NCBI GenBank assembly: GCA_965218795.1
Contig: OZ244653.1
Span: forward strand, 32,001 to 96,000
Reading direction: 5' to 3'
DNA: 64,000 nt
Origin: a bacterium
GTDB taxonomy: Bacteria > UBA8248 > JACPRG01 > G963555815
The position numbers and the translations under genes are program-made. Shown here one piece after another: positions 30,301 to 41,101 of the stretch (positions are counted from its first letter, which is position 1; each line of letters starts with the position of its first letter). The notes under the pieces were generated by a model. That model was given only the letters and a program-made list of their open reading frames with translations. It made no database searches and was not told the DNA's origin.

Positions 30301-31656
30301 GTGAATCCTCTGGTCGCCATCGTCGGCCGACCCAATGTGGGTAAATCCACCCTGTTCAACCGAATCGTCGGCCGCCGAGCCGCCATCGTCGAGCCGACCC
30401 CCGGCGTCACGCGCGACCGGCATTTCGCTGATGCCTCATGGAACGGGTGCGATTTCATGCTGATTGATACCGGCGGGATTGGTCCCTCCAGTCTCGACGA
30501 TCCACTCCATCAATTGGTGCGGGAACAGACGGACCTCGCCGTGTCGGCGGCGGACGTGGTCCTCCTCTTGCTGGACGGCCGGGAGGGTCTCGTACCGGGG
30601 GACGAGGAGGTGATTGGCGACCTGCGCCGTTCGGGGATCCCCTTCATGGTGGCGATCAACAAGATCGACGCGGAGCGGCTGGAAGCGGAATCCGCCGAAT
30701 TCCACCGCCTCGGGGTCGAGCCGTTGTGCTTGATTTCGGCCGAACACGGGCGCGGCGTCGGCGATCTCCTGGACGCCGTGGTCGAGGCCTTTCCGGAGCC
30801 CGAGACTCCGCAGGAGCAGACGGACCGGGTGGCGATGGCCATCGTCGGGCGTCCCAACGTGGGCAAGTCCTCCCTTGCCAACCGCCTGCTTCGGGAGGAG
30901 CGGCTGGTTGTCAGCGAGCTCCCCGGCACCACGCGGGACGCCATCGATACACCCGTACGCGCGGGCGACCGGGATTACACCTTGATTGACACGGCGGGGA
31001 TTCGCCGCAGGGGGAAGGTCAGCGGACGGGTAGAATACCTCAGTGTCCACTCGGCTCGGAAGAGTCTCGACAGATCGGACGTGGCGGTTCTTCTGATCGA
31101 CGGCGTCGAAGGCGTGACCGCGCAGGATGCGCACATCGCCGGGGATATCGTGGAAGCCGGAGCGGGCTGCGTGGTGGCCGTCAACAAATGGGACGCGGTT
31201 CCGCCCGAGCGGAAGGACGCCGACGCCATGACACGGAAGGTCAGGGAGCGGCTGAAGCACGTCTCATTCTGTCCGGCGGTGACGGTTTCCGCTCTCACGG
31301 GACTGCGCGTCGGGCGGATTTTCGATCTTGTGGATCGGGTGGCGTCGGAGCGTGGGAAGCGGGTGGATACGGCCGACTTGAACCGGTTTCTTCAGGATGT
31401 CACGGATCGGACGCCCCCGCCGCCGGTCCGGGGCCGGGACATCAAGATTTACTACGCCACGCAAAGTTCGGCTTTCCCGCCGACGTTCGTATTATTTACC
31501 AATCGGACCGGAGCGTTTCACTTTTCTTATCAGCGTTTTTTGGTTAATCAGCTCCGAAAGCGGTACGGCTTCGAGGGGACGCCGCTGCGCCTGTATTTTC
31601 GCCACCGTTCGGGCCGAAAGGCCGCATCGGAGGACGTTTCCGTCTTCAAGCGGTAA
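30301..31656 (+). CDS. der: Ribosome biogenesis GTPase Der
   Basis: Two GRPNVGKS G-domains, GVTRD / GTTRD, KH-like C-terminus FGFEGTP-like. Confidence 0.97.
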   Translation: MNPLVAIVGRPNVGKSTLFNRIVGRRAAIVEPTPGVTRDRHFADASWNGCDFMLIDTGGIGPSSLDDPLHQLVREQTDLAVSAADVVLLLLDGREGLVPGDEEVIGDLRRSGIPFMVAINKIDAERLEAESAEFHRLGVEPLCLISAEHGRGVGDLLDAVVEAFPEPETPQEQTDRVAMAIVGRPNVGKSSLANRLLREERLVVSELPGTTRDAIDTPVRAGDRDYTLIDTAGIRRRGKVSGRVEYLSVHSARKSLDRSDVAVLLIDGVEGVTAQDAHIAGDIVEAGAGCVVAVNKWDAVPPERKDADAMTRKVRERLKHVSFCPAVTVSALTGLRVGRIFDLVDRVASERGKRVDTADLNRFLQDVTDRTPPPPVRGRDIKIYYATQSSAFPPTFVLFTNRTGAFHFSYQRFLVNQLRKRYGFEGTPLRLYFRHRSGRKAASEDVSVFKR

Positions 31657-31771
31657 GTGAAGGATCATGGGGCATCTAGTTGACTCCTTGATTTTGAACG
31701 CTAATGGCTTATCATACAGGAAAACCCAATCGAATTTTGATCTGAATGTCCGCACGGAGGCGCCTTAGCGC

Positions 31772-33859
31772 ATGAAGACTTATAACACCGATCTCCTTCG
31801 GAACGTGGGCTTGGTGGGCCACGGAGGGGTGGGTAAGACCTCCCTCGCGGAGGCCATGTTGTTCGTCTCGGGCGCTACGAATCGCCTGGGAAAGGTTGAA
31901 AACGGGTCCTCGATATTCGATTACGAGCCCGAGGAGGTGAAGCGGCAGTTCAGCATCGGCGCGATGATTGGATTCTGCGAGTGGCAGAAGCACAAGATCA
32001 ACGCCATTGATACGCCCGGTTATTCCAACTTTGCGGGTGACGCCAAGGGTTGCATGAACGTGATGGACGGCGCGGTGGTCGTCATTCACGCTGAAGAGGG
32101 CGTACAGACCCAGACGGAAAAGGTCTGGAACTGGGCGGAGGAGGCCGCTGTCCGCCGGGTCGTCTTCGTCAACGGAATGGACCGGGAGCGGGCCGACTTC
32201 AACGCGGCGCTCGAAAGCGCGAAGGACGTATTGTCGCCTCTGCCCGTCGCCCTTCAGGTTCCGATCGGAGCAGGCCCGGATTTCAAGGGCGTGGCGGATA
32301 TCCTGAGCGGAAAGGCGTTTGTCTTCGCAACCGATGGCAGCGGCAAGATGGAAGAAGGGGAGATCCCGGCGGAATTGACGGATACGGTTTCCCAAGCGCG
32401 GGACGGCTTGATGGAGGCCGCGGCGGAAGGCGAGGACGAGTTGCTCGAGAAATACCTTGAAAGCGGTGAGTTGACTGCGGAAGAAATGGTGCAAGGGCTC
32501 TCGATCGGCGTTCGCGAAGGGAAAATCGTTCCCGCATTGTGCGGGGTAGCGGACAGAGTGATGGGCGTCCAGCCGCTCCTGGATGCCGTAGTGGGATTGT
32601 TCCCTTCGCCGAAATCCCGGCCCGTGGTGTCTGGAAGCAATCAGGAAAACGGTGAATCCGTTCTTTTACAAGCGGACGAAAGCGGGCCGGTTCTTGCCCA
32701 GGTATTCAAGACCGTCTCGGATCCCTACGCGGGGCGGCTGACGTTCTTCCGGGTATATTCAGGAAAGGTAAGCTCGGATTCGAGTATCTTCAACGTCACC
32801 CAGAGCGAGCGGGAGCGGGTCGGGCAACTGTTCAACATCCAGGGAAAGGAACAAATCCCGGTCGATTCGATCTCCGCCGGGGACCTGGGCGCGGTCGCGA
32901 AGCTGAAGATCACGAAGACCGGGGATACATTGGGCGAGGACAAGTCAACGGTGATCCTCGCGCCCATCGAGTTCCCCAAGCCGGCCATCTCCTTCTCGGT
33001 GGCTCCGAAGTCAAAAGGGGACGAAGAGAAGGTGAGCACCTCCATCCAGCGGCTCATGGAGGAAGACCCGACCCTGACGCTTTCCCGGGATGCCCAGACC
33101 AAGGAAATGATTCTCTCCGGAATGGGCGACCTTCACCTGGAAGTCGCGAACGAGAAGATGAAGCGGAAGTTCGGGGTGGAGGTCGAGTTCAATACCCCTC
33201 GGGTACCTTATCAGGAGACGATTCGAGGCACGGCCCAGGCCCAGGGACGGTACAAGAAGCAAACCGGCGGACGGGGCCAGTTCGGCGACACCTGGATCGA
33301 GCTCAAGCCGCTGCAACGCGGAGGCGGGTTCGAGTTCGTCAATAACATCGTCGGGGGGGTCATTCCGAGACAGTTCATCCCCGCCGTGGAGAAGGGGATC
33401 CTCGAAACCATGGAAGCGGGGCCGATGGCTGGTTATCCCGTCACCGACATCGAGGTCCGGCTGTACGACGGAAGCTGCCATACGGTCGACTCGTCTGAAA
33501 TGGCGTTCAAGATTGCGGGCTCCATGGGGTTCAAGAAGGCGTTCATGGATGCCCGTCCCGTCATCCTGGAGCCGATCATGACGATGGAGATCACGGTGCC
33601 GAGCGACATGGTCGGAGACGTGATCGGGGACTTGAACTCCCGCAGGGGCAAAGTGCTCGGGATGAAGCCGATGGGGGCCAGTCAGGTGGTTCAGGCCCAG
33701 GTGCCGCTGGCGGAAGTCTTGTCGTACGCCATTGTGCTTCGCTCCATCACGGCCGATCGCGGCAGCTTCACGATGGAGTTTTCCCATTACGAGGAGCTGC
33801 CCTCCCACATGGCGGACAAGGTGATCGCAGAATCCGCGGTGGGCGAAAAGGAAGAATGA
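31772..33859 (+). CDS. fusA: Elongation factor G (EF-G2-type paralog)
   Basis: GHGGVGKTS, DTPG, GMGDLHLE, KKQTGGRGQFG, DSSEMAFKIA; not in a str operon. Confidence 0.93.
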   Translation: MKTYNTDLLRNVGLVGHGGVGKTSLAEAMLFVSGATNRLGKVENGSSIFDYEPEEVKRQFSIGAMIGFCEWQKHKINAIDTPGYSNFAGDAKGCMNVMDGAVVVIHAEEGVQTQTEKVWNWAEEAAVRRVVFVNGMDRERADFNAALESAKDVLSPLPVALQVPIGAGPDFKGVADILSGKAFVFATDGSGKMEEGEIPAELTDTVSQARDGLMEAAAEGEDELLEKYLESGELTAEEMVQGLSIGVREGKIVPALCGVADRVMGVQPLLDAVVGLFPSPKSRPVVSGSNQENGESVLLQADESGPVLAQVFKTVSDPYAGRLTFFRVYSGKVSSDSSIFNVTQSERERVGQLFNIQGKEQIPVDSISAGDLGAVAKLKITKTGDTLGEDKSTVILAPIEFPKPAISFSVAPKSKGDEEKVSTSIQRLMEEDPTLTLSRDAQTKEMILSGMGDLHLEVANEKMKRKFGVEVEFNTPRVPYQETIRGTAQAQGRYKKQTGGRGQFGDTWIELKPLQRGGGFEFVNNIVGGVIPRQFIPAVEKGILETMEAGPMAGYPVTDIEVRLYDGSCHTVDSSEMAFKIAGSMGFKKAFMDARPVILEPIMTMEITVPSDMVGDVIGDLNSRRGKVLGMKPMGASQVVQAQVPLAEVLSYAIVLRSITADRGSFTMEFSHYEELPSHMADKVIAESAVGEKEE

Positions 33860-33863
33860 TTCC

Positions 33864-34832
33864 TTGAAGTCGATCAACCTGATTCAATCGAGGCTTGCGC
33901 TTCCGGCGGAGGGGTTGCCGCACGATACTTTCGTGGAGGTCCCCGAGAAGGAAGAATCCCAGAAGGTCGTTGAGCGAAGACGGCTGCCGTTCTTTCTCCG
34001 CGGAAGCATCATCCTGACCTTCCTGACGTTAGGAGTTGTACTGTTGGCGGCGGCCGTTTATTACACGCTGATTCGGCCTGTGGATTTATCGGGCAAGCCC
34101 CAGCCGATAGGTCCCGGCGAGCGTGCCGTTATGGCTCAGACCGCGAAAGTCCCCGAACCGGCGCGGAAACCCGCCGCCCGCCCGTCCGAATCCATACCCG
34201 GGAAAACGACCTCCCCGATTTTCATCGACTGGCTGAATTCGGCCCCGCCCTCCGGACCGCTTTCGCCTTCCGCGCGCCGGCCTATCGGGGAGCCGCCTCC
34301 CGTAAAGAAGTCCTCGATGCCCGCCATCTCCATGTCCGAGAAAAAGAAGGAAGAAGAGAAGGCGGCGGAATCAAAGCCTGAGACCACCCCACCTTCCGCC
34401 GAGATAAAGACGGCCAAGAAGCCCGTGGACGAATCGCCGTTGAAAAAACCCGTGGCGCCGGAGAAGGCTGAACCGAAGAAGTCGCCGTCGGCCGAGGCCA
34501 AGCCGCCCGCGAAGCCCACGAAGGTCGCCAAGGTCCTTCCTGCGGAAGCTTCCCCCAGGAAAAAGGTGCCTGAGCCGGGGCCTGAAAAAACCGCCGCAGT
34601 GCCCAAAGGCCGGTACAGCATCCAGGTGGGTGCTTGTCGCAGGCCCAAATGCGTGTCCAGCCTGACGGCTCGTCTGAAAAAGGCGGAGTTCGAGCCGATC
34701 ACCGAGACGTCCAGAAACGGGAAGCTGACACTGATCTTGACAGGGGAATATCAGACCTTGCGGGCCACGAGGTCCGATCTCGAAAAACTGCAAGAGAGGG
34801 GGTTCAAAGGGTCATATGCCATCGAGCGGTAG
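33864..34832 (+). CDS. SPOR domain membrane protein
   Basis: One TM helix, Pro/Lys/Glu-rich linker, C-terminal YSIQVGA SPOR-like domain. Confidence 0.8.
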   Translation: MKSINLIQSRLALPAEGLPHDTFVEVPEKEESQKVVERRRLPFFLRGSIILTFLTLGVVLLAAAVYYTLIRPVDLSGKPQPIGPGERAVMAQTAKVPEPARKPAARPSESIPGKTTSPIFIDWLNSAPPSGPLSPSARRPIGEPPPVKKSSMPAISMSEKKKEEEKAAESKPETTPPSAEIKTAKKPVDESPLKKPVAPEKAEPKKSPSAEAKPPAKPTKVAKVLPAEASPRKKVPEPGPEKTAAVPKGRYSIQVGACRRPKCVSSLTARLKKAEFEPITETSRNGKLTLILTGEYQTLRATRSDLEKLQERGFKGSYAIER

Positions 34833-34845
34833 AGACAGGGCTCCC

Positions 34846-35280
34846 GTGAGCCACCCGCCGGAGACGCCGAAGATTCCGGACAAGCTTTTTTTCAAGATCG
34901 GAGAAGTGGCGGCGATTGCGGAGACCAAGCCCCACGTTCTCCGGTATTGGGAGACGGAGTTCGGCATCCTTCGACCGGTCAAGAACGCCTCCGGCCAGCG
35001 GGTCTATCGAAGGCGCGATGTGGAAGTCGTTTTGGAAATCAAGCGGCTGCTGCATCAGGAGCGGTTCACGATCTCGGGCGCGAAGAAGCGTCTGTCCGGT
35101 CGCCGGGGGGCAAAGCCCCGGGTTCATCTGGAAGCACAGCCCGAGCTGACCCCCGTGCAAGAAGCCGAGCCGTCCGCCGAACCCGAGGATCTGCAGGATC
35201 TCTTGAATGAGGTGGAGAGCGGCCTGCGCGGGATCCTGTCGATTCTGGAAGAAACCGATAGGCAGCTTGAGAAGCGGTAA
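34846..35280 (+). CDS. MerR family transcriptional regulator
   Basis: FKIGEVA...[10 protein letters not shown]...GQRVY...[10 protein letters not shown]. Confidence 0.93.
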   Translation: MSHPPETPKIPDKLFFKIGEVAAIAETKPHVLRYWETEFGILRPVKNASGQRVYRRRDVEVVLEIKRLLHQERFTISGAKKRLSGRRGAKPRVHLEAQPELTPVQEAEPSAEPEDLQDLLNEVESGLRGILSILEETDRQLEKR

Positions 35281-35447
35281 GTTCGCTCCTATCGGCCCGA
35301 CGGCCGATCCTCTTCGAGTCAAGCCAGCCCTTTGAGCGAGGGTATTGTGAGATTGTACGCCCGCCGGACCGGATGAGGTGAAGGGGCGAGAGACTGGTGT
35401 AAGGCGTTCTTTCGATCAGTGCGAGTCGTTAAAGGAGCTCTTGAAAG

Positions 35448-37382
35448 ATGAGTGTTTTTCGAAAAATCGTCTCGGAGCATCTCCGGGAGGGGGAGATGAA
35501 GCCGGGAGAGGAGATTGGAATCAGTATTGATCAGGTGCTGATTCAGGACATCACGGGCACAGTGGTCATGCTCAATTTCGAGGCCATGGGACTTCCGAGG
35601 GTTCGCTGCGAGGTCGCGGCGGCTTATGGCGACCACAATGTCCTGCAGGTGGACAGCCGGAACACCGAGGATCACCACTATCTGGCCAGCGCCGGCAGGA
35701 AATACGGCATCTGGTGGGGAAAACCTTCCAGCGGTATCGGGCATCAGATCCACCAGGAGCATTTCGCGAGACCGGGGGTGACGGCCCTGGGCGCCGATTC
35801 CCACACCCCCCATTGCGGCGGCATGGGAATGGTGGCCATCGGAGCGGGGGGGCTCGATGTGGCCGTGGCCCTGGCCGGCGGCCTCTATTACGTCAAGATG
35901 CCCCAGGTGGTGAACGTTCATCTGACCGGAGCGCTTCCGGCCTGGTGCACGGCCAAGGATGTGATCCTCGAAATGCTCCGGAGACTGACCGTCCGCGGCG
36001 GGGTGGGCAAGGTCCTCGAGTACACCGGACCGGGCATCAAGACTCTGAACGCCCAGCAGCGCTGCACGATCACGAACATGGGCGCCGAGCTTGGAGCGTC
36101 CACGTCCATCTTTCCGTCCGACGAGGTGACGCGCGATTTCCTCCGCCGGGTGGGACGGGAGGACGCTTGGAAGGAAGTCCTCCCGGAGGAGGGCGCCGAT
36201 TACGACGAGCGTGTCGATGTGGACCTGAGCGGTATCGAGCCTCTGGTCGCGCTCCCCAGTCTGCCGGACAAGGTGGTGCCGGTGACCGAGGCCAAGGGTA
36301 CCCCGGTTCATCAGGTCTTTGTCGGAAGCTGCACGAACGGCTCGTATATGGACCTGAAGGCCGTCGCCGAGATCATGAAGGGGAGGAAGGTCCATCCCCA
36401 GGTGGACTTCCTCATCCACGCCTCCAGCAAGAAGGATCTGGAGCTCATCGCCCGAGAGGGCCACCTGACCGACCTGCTCGAGGCGGGCGTCAACGTGGCC
36501 GAGCCCACCTGCGGGGCGTGCATCGGCAGCGGGCACGTTCCGGCCTCCGGAACCAACTCGCTTCGGGTGGCCAACCGGAACTTCCAGGGGCGCAGCGGTC
36601 TCAAGGAGGACCAGGTGTACCTGTCGAGCGCGGAGGTGGGGGCGGCATCCGCGATTGCCGGGGCGATCGCCGATCCGAGAGAACTGGGCATGGATGCCCC
36701 GGGACAGGACATCCCCGGGCAACTCACCCAGGAGAACCCCAACCTCGTCCCTCCGGCTTCGGAAGGAGAGGCCAAGGGGCTCGATGTGCAGCGCGGGCCC
36801 AACATTCAACCCGTGCCCGCCAAGGAGCCCATGGAGGATCGGATCGCCGCTGAGGTGCTTCTCAAGGTGGGCGATGACATCACCACCGATCACATCATGC
36901 CGGCCGCATCGAACATCCTCATTTTCCGCTCGAATATCCCAAAGCTGGCCGAGTTCGTGTATCACCGGGTGGATGACACGTTCGCCGAGCGTGCAAAAGG
37001 GAAGGGGACGGGATTCATCGTTGGCGGTCTCAATTACGGTCAGGGGAGCTCACGCGAGCATGCGGCCCTGGCGCCCATGTTCCTGGGAATTCGCGGGGTC
37101 ATCGCCAAGTCCTTTGCGCGTATCCATATGGCGAACCTGATCAATTGGGGGTTGATCCCCCTCCAGTTCGTCGAGGCCGAGGATTACGACAACATCGACC
37201 AGGGGGACGATCTGGAGTTGTCCGGGGTCATCGATTTCGTCAAGGAGCGCGATACCATCGAGCTGGTCAACAAGACCAGGAACACGCAGTATCAGGTCCG
37301 ACTCGTCGCCACGCCGAGGGAGCGCCGGGTGCTCATCGCGGGCGGAAGACTTTCCGAGGCCAAGGCCATGGGTTCGAAATAG
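35448..37382 (+). CDS. Aconitate hydratase (short ~640 aa type)
   Basis: DHN, GADSHT, GSCTN, CGAC, NRNFQGR, TTDHI, GSSREHAA. Confidence 0.95.
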   Translation: MSVFRKIVSEHLREGEMKPGEEIGISIDQVLIQDITGTVVMLNFEAMGLPRVRCEVAAAYGDHNVLQVDSRNTEDHHYLASAGRKYGIWWGKPSSGIGHQIHQEHFARPGVTALGADSHTPHCGGMGMVAIGAGGLDVAVALAGGLYYVKMPQVVNVHLTGALPAWCTAKDVILEMLRRLTVRGGVGKVLEYTGPGIKTLNAQQRCTITNMGAELGASTSIFPSDEVTRDFLRRVGREDAWKEVLPEEGADYDERVDVDLSGIEPLVALPSLPDKVVPVTEAKGTPVHQVFVGSCTNGSYMDLKAVAEIMKGRKVHPQVDFLIHASSKKDLELIAREGHLTDLLEAGVNVAEPTCGACIGSGHVPASGTNSLRVANRNFQGRSGLKEDQVYLSSAEVGAASAIAGAIADPRELGMDAPGQDIPGQLTQENPNLVPPASEGEAKGLDVQRGPNIQPVPAKEPMEDRIAAEVLLKVGDDITTDHIMPAASNILIFRSNIPKLAEFVYHRVDDTFAERAKGKGTGFIVGGLNYGQGSSREHAALAPMFLGIRGVIAKSFARIHMANLINWGLIPLQFVEAEDYDNIDQGDDLELSGVIDFVKERDTIELVNKTRNTQYQVRLVATPRERRVLIAGGRLSEAKAMGSK

Positions 37383-37397
37383 CATTCAGAGATTGTG

Positions 37398-37432
37398 GGG
37401 GCCGCTTCCACCGGGGGCGGCCCCTTCTTTTT
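37398..37432 (+). terminator. Intrinsic terminator
   Basis: GGGGCCGC...GCGGCCCC stem followed by TTCTTTTT. Confidence 0.8.
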
Positions 37433-37503
37433 GGAGTTGGGGCAAATTGCGAAAACCCGATCGCCGACGACGGGCGGCGGCTGCAAAGTGAAGGAGCGGG
37501 TAG

Positions 37504-38895
37504 ATGGAGACGAGAATCGAAAGGGATTCAATGGGTGAAATGGAGGTTCCGGGCGACTCGCTCTACGGCGCGTCCACCCGGCGGGCCGTTCTGAACTTTC
37601 CCGTCAGCGACAAGCGGTTTCCCCGGGCCTTCCTGGAGGCGCTGGGTGCGATCAAGGCGGGGGCGGCCGCGGCGAACATGAAACTGGGGAAGCTGGACCC
37701 GAAGCTGGGCGAGCCGATCCGCAAGGCGGCGGAGGCGGTCCGCGACGGGGAACACGATGACCATTTCGTGGTGGATATCTATCAGACCGGCTCCGGGACT
37801 TCCACCAACACCAACGCGAATGAAGTCATCGCCAACGTGGCCAATGTCGGCCTGGGGGAACCCATCGGCAAGAAGGCGCCCGTCCACCCCAACGACCATG
37901 TGAACATGGGGCAGTCCAGCAATGACGTGATTCCCACGACAATCCACGTCTCGGCCCTGATCGGAATCGAGCGGGATCTGCTCCCCGCCCTGGAGGGCTT
38001 GAGGGAAAGTCTGACGGCGAAGGCCGAAGCGTTCAAGGACATCGTCAAGACGGGCCGGACTCACCTTCAGGACGCCACGCCGGTGACACTGGGTCAAGAG
38101 TTTTCCGGGTACGCCACACAGATCAGAAACTGCCATGGCCGTATTGAGAGCTGCCTGGCGAACCTTCGTGAGCTCGCCATTGGCGGAACCGCCGTCGGCA
38201 CCGGCATCAACACGCACCCCCGGTTCGCGAATCTGGTGTGCGAAAGCCTGAGCGAGCAGCTGAAGACCGAGTTTCGCAAGGCGTCCAACCACTTTGAGTC
38301 CCTCGCCGCCAAAGATACCTGCGTGGAGGTGAGCGGGGCCCTCAAGGTGCTGGCGGCGGCCCTGACGAAGATTGCCAACGACATCCGTTGGCTCTCCTCG
38401 GGGCCCCGCACGGGCTTCGGCGAGATCGCGATCCCTGAAACCCAGCCGGGATCGTCCATCATGCCGGGCAAGGTGAACCCGGTCATCGCCGAATCGGTCT
38501 TACAGGTGGCCGCCCAGGTCGTCGGAAACGACGCGGTCGTCACATGGGGGGGGGCGGCCGGCAATTTCGAGCTGAACGTAATGATGCCCGTCGTCGCCCT
38601 GAACCTGCTGGATTCCATCTCCCTGCTGGCGAACGTCTGCGGAATCTTCAGGGAAAAATGCGTGGACGGTGTAGAGGCCAATGTCGACCGGATGAGCGAG
38701 ACCATCGAGCGGGGCCTCTCTCTGGTGACGGCCCTGGCGCCCGTGATCGGATATGACAAGGCGGCCACGCTTTCCCAACAGGCCTTTCGGGAGAACAAGA
38801 CCATTCGAGAGGTCGTTCGGGAGCATGATATGATCTCGGATGACGAGCTGGACAAACTGCTGGACCCGACGACCATGCTCCATCCCAGCGAATAA
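37504..38895 (+). CDS. fumC: Class II fumarate hydratase
   Basis: QTGSGTS, GRTHLQDATP, PGSSIMPGKVNP. Confidence 0.95.
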   Translation: METRIERDSMGEMEVPGDSLYGASTRRAVLNFPVSDKRFPRAFLEALGAIKAGAAAANMKLGKLDPKLGEPIRKAAEAVRDGEHDDHFVVDIYQTGSGTSTNTNANEVIANVANVGLGEPIGKKAPVHPNDHVNMGQSSNDVIPTTIHVSALIGIERDLLPALEGLRESLTAKAEAFKDIVKTGRTHLQDATPVTLGQEFSGYATQIRNCHGRIESCLANLRELAIGGTAVGTGINTHPRFANLVCESLSEQLKTEFRKASNHFESLAAKDTCVEVSGALKVLAAALTKIANDIRWLSSGPRTGFGEIAIPETQPGSSIMPGKVNPVIAESVLQVAAQVVGNDAVVTWGGAAGNFELNVMMPVVALNLLDSISLLANVCGIFREKCVDGVEANVDRMSETIERGLSLVTALAPVIGYDKAATLSQQAFRENKTIREVVREHDMISDDELDKLLDPTTMLHPSE

Positions 38896-38932
38896 ACGAG
38901 CCCCGTTTCATCGGGTGCGTCCATCGAAACCG

Positions 38933-38972
38933 AAAAGGGCGGAACCGCACACGGCGGCTCCGCCCTTTGTTT
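38933..38972. terminator. Bidirectional terminator between fumC and the nitroreductase gene
   Basis: AAAGGGCGGA / TCCGCCCTTT stem with A and T flanks. Confidence 0.8.
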
Positions 38973-38998
38973 GTTCGAACCGATTGCGACCCGCCGCC

Positions 38999-39565
38999 TC
39001 AGGCAAACGGGTCGCCGAACCGCTCCCGAAAAACGAAGTCCTTGACCTCTTTTCGCTGAGGCGGTCTCCTCTCGGCCGTTTGCACCTCTTTCGGCATGTC
39101 TTCCAACTTGCCCGGATGGCCGACGGCAATCAGGGCGACGACCCGAAAGGGGTCCGGCACACCCAGGATTCCTTTGACCTTCTCCTCACTCCAGCCGATG
39201 ATGGCGTGAATGGCCAAGTCCATCGCGCATCCCGTCAGGAGCATGTTCCCGATGGCCAGGCCGCAATCCATCATGTACTGGGGCCGGCCGTCGGGCTCGT
39301 CCTGCTCATCGGGATTGCCGAGGACGGCGATCAGGACCGGCGCGCGCGTGACCCAGCTCCGGTTCCAGGCCGACATCACCTCGTGCATCTGCTGGAGCTG
39401 CTCTTTCCTCTCGACGACGACAAGGCGCCACGGTTGCTTGTTGAAGGAGGAAGGCGCCCACCGGAAGGCCTCGATGATGTCCCGGAGCATTTTCCCGGTG
39501 ACCGGCCGATATGGATCGAAGGCGCGGGGACTCTTCCGGTTTTGAAGAAATAGCAGAGCTTCCAT
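38999..39565 (-). CDS. Nitroreductase family protein
   Basis: RKSPRAF, WAPSSFNKQPWR, IAVGHP. Confidence 0.92.
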   Translation of the reverse strand: MEALLFLQNRKSPRAFDPYRPVTGKMLRDIIEAFRWAPSSFNKQPWRLVVVERKEQLQQMHEVMSAWNRSWVTRAPVLIAVLGNPDEQDEPDGRPQYMMDCGLAIGNMLLTGCAMDLAIHAIIGWSEEKVKGILGVPDPFRVVALIAVGHPGKLEDMPKEVQTAERRPPQRKEVKDFVFRERFGDPFA

Positions 39566-39727
39566 TTTCCGGCCTCACCTACAAGGATGCTTTAACTTCG
39601 ATTCACCGGAAATCGTATGGCCGAACGCCGGTTCGGCACGTTCGTCTCGGCTGTGAATTGTGGGCGAATGCAAGATGATTTTCCCACCAAGCGCAATCAT
39701 CAACAAGCCTTCGGCGGATGAACCCGT

Positions 39728-40070
39728 TCATTCGGCCAGATGCCCTTCGACGGCGTCGAGCAGCGGGCGGGGTGACAGTGTGCGGCCGTCTTTCCCGTTC
39801 AATAAGGCGAGGATGCCTTCGGCGTTCTCTTTCTGCCCGTCGGCTCGAAGGGCTTTGAGCAGATCGCCCGCGCCGGTGCCGTAGTACCATCCCTCCCCGA
39901 ACCGGTTGCTCAGCTCCTCCGCCAGGGAGGATTGAAGCATCCAGGCTCTTAGGTAGTTGGCGCAGTAGGAGCGGGCGTCCACGGCGCCTCGAACCGCTGC
40001 TCCGGAAAGCGTGCGCCGTTTCTCAATGCGTTGAGTCGCACGCAACAGCCGGGCGCATTCGGAAGGGAGG
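39728..40070 (-). pseudogene. C-terminal remnant of a zincin/M3-peptidase-like protein
   Basis: YCANYLRAWML...RFGEGWY...AGDLLKAL..DGQ resembles the C-terminus of a conserved M3-like family (recalled, not searched). No start or HExxH present. Confidence 0.5.
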
Positions 40071-40097
40071 GTCGCCCATGCCTGCCGGCGCGGGGTA

Positions 40098-40547
40098 TCA
40101 GGACCCGGGAAGACGGGCGCGGCCGGCCCTTTCGCCCTCCATTTCTTCCCTGAGCTTTTCCAGCGCACCCTGAAACAGACCGGATATGGCGCCGATCGCT
40201 TCTTCCTCCGGGATGCCGACGGCCTCGAAATCGGCCGTGTAATCAACAGTCGTTCCACCTCCGTCCGCGCTCACCTTGATCCGTGCGTGGTAGTCCGCGA
40301 TGGGAAGCGGCGACTCGATGATCGTGTAGCCGTATTCCATGCTTGAGGAGTCCAGGAACTCCAGGCGCTCCAAAAGCTCTTTCCCGTCCTCGAGCGTCAG
40401 GAACCGATCCACGCCGCCCGGGCCGGGCCTGAGCTCGGAGGACGCGATGCCCGGCACCCATTCGGGCAGGCTGTTGAAATCTCCCACCAGGTCCCAGACG
40501 TCCCCCGGCGATGCGTTCAAATTCGTCGATTCCGCGACATGCGACAT
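40098..40547 (-). CDS. SRPBCC family protein
   Basis: VWDLVGDFNSLPEWVPGI...ERLE...YTIIESPLP. Confidence 0.9.
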   Translation of the reverse strand: MSHVAESTNLNASPGDVWDLVGDFNSLPEWVPGIASSELRPGPGGVDRFLTLEDGKELLERLEFLDSSSMEYGYTIIESPLPIADYHARIKVSADGGGTTVDYTADFEAVGIPEEEAIGAISGLFQGALEKLREEMEGERAGRARLPGS

Positions 40548-40615
40548 TGATTTCTCTTCTCCGTTTGCGGATGGTCGAAAGATGTTCCCCGGCGAACCTG
40601 CAAGACCCGCCTGAT

Positions 40616-41068
40616 TTACCCCGTATGCCCGAACCCGCCGCCGCCCCGCGCCGTTCCGGGAAGCTCATCCACTTCCTGCCAGACCGTCCTTGGGACAGGC
40701 TTGACGAGAAGCTGTGCGATGCGCATCCCCCGCTCGACGACGAACGTCTCAGTGCCAAGGTTCACCAGAGGGATTCGAACCTCCCCCCGGTAATCAGCGT
40801 CAATCGTCGCGGGCGTGTTGGGAATCGAAAGCCCCCGCTTGGAGGCCAGGCCCGATCTCGGACGAATCTGCGCTTCATACCCCAGGGGCAGCGCGATTGC
40901 AAACCCGCCGGGAATGACGCGGATCCCGCCCGGGGGGATCTCCACCTGATCCTCCACGGCCGCGTGAATGTCCATCGCCGCGGCGTGGTCGGTCTGATAG
41001 GCGGGGAGGGGGATGTCCTCCGCCCCCGGCAGGCGCTTGATGGCGACCGTGACTTGTTCCTGAGGCAT
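40616..41068 (-). CDS. dut: dUTP diphosphatase
   Basis: RPRSGLA, TIDADYRGE, RIAQL, RGGGGFGHTG. Confidence 0.96.
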   Translation of the reverse strand: MPQEQVTVAIKRLPGAEDIPLPAYQTDHAAAMDIHAAVEDQVEIPPGGIRVIPGGFAIALPLGYEAQIRPRSGLASKRGLSIPNTPATIDADYRGEVRIPLVNLGTETFVVERGMRIAQLLVKPVPRTVWQEVDELPGTARGGGGFGHTG

Positions 41069-41074
41069 CAATGG

Positions 41075-41101
41075 ATCCACAGATTACACAGATAACGCAG
41101 A
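41075..41101. repeat. Left arm of 27-bp imperfect inverted repeat (three ~9-bp units)
   Basis: ATCCACAGATTACACAGATAACGCAGA matches the reverse complement of 41589-41615 at 24/27 positions. Confidence 0.85.

Noticed and set aside
34130-34600. Repetitive-looking DNA in the SPOR gene
   Set aside because: Low-complexity Pro/Lys/Glu linker, not a nucleotide repeat array.
35281-35447. tRNA-Pro often found after this MerR family
   Set aside because: No tRNA structure visible.
41075-41101. CRISPR-like or iteron repeat
   Set aside because: Only three 9-bp units with no spacers and no cas or rep genes; explained as an inverted-repeat arm.
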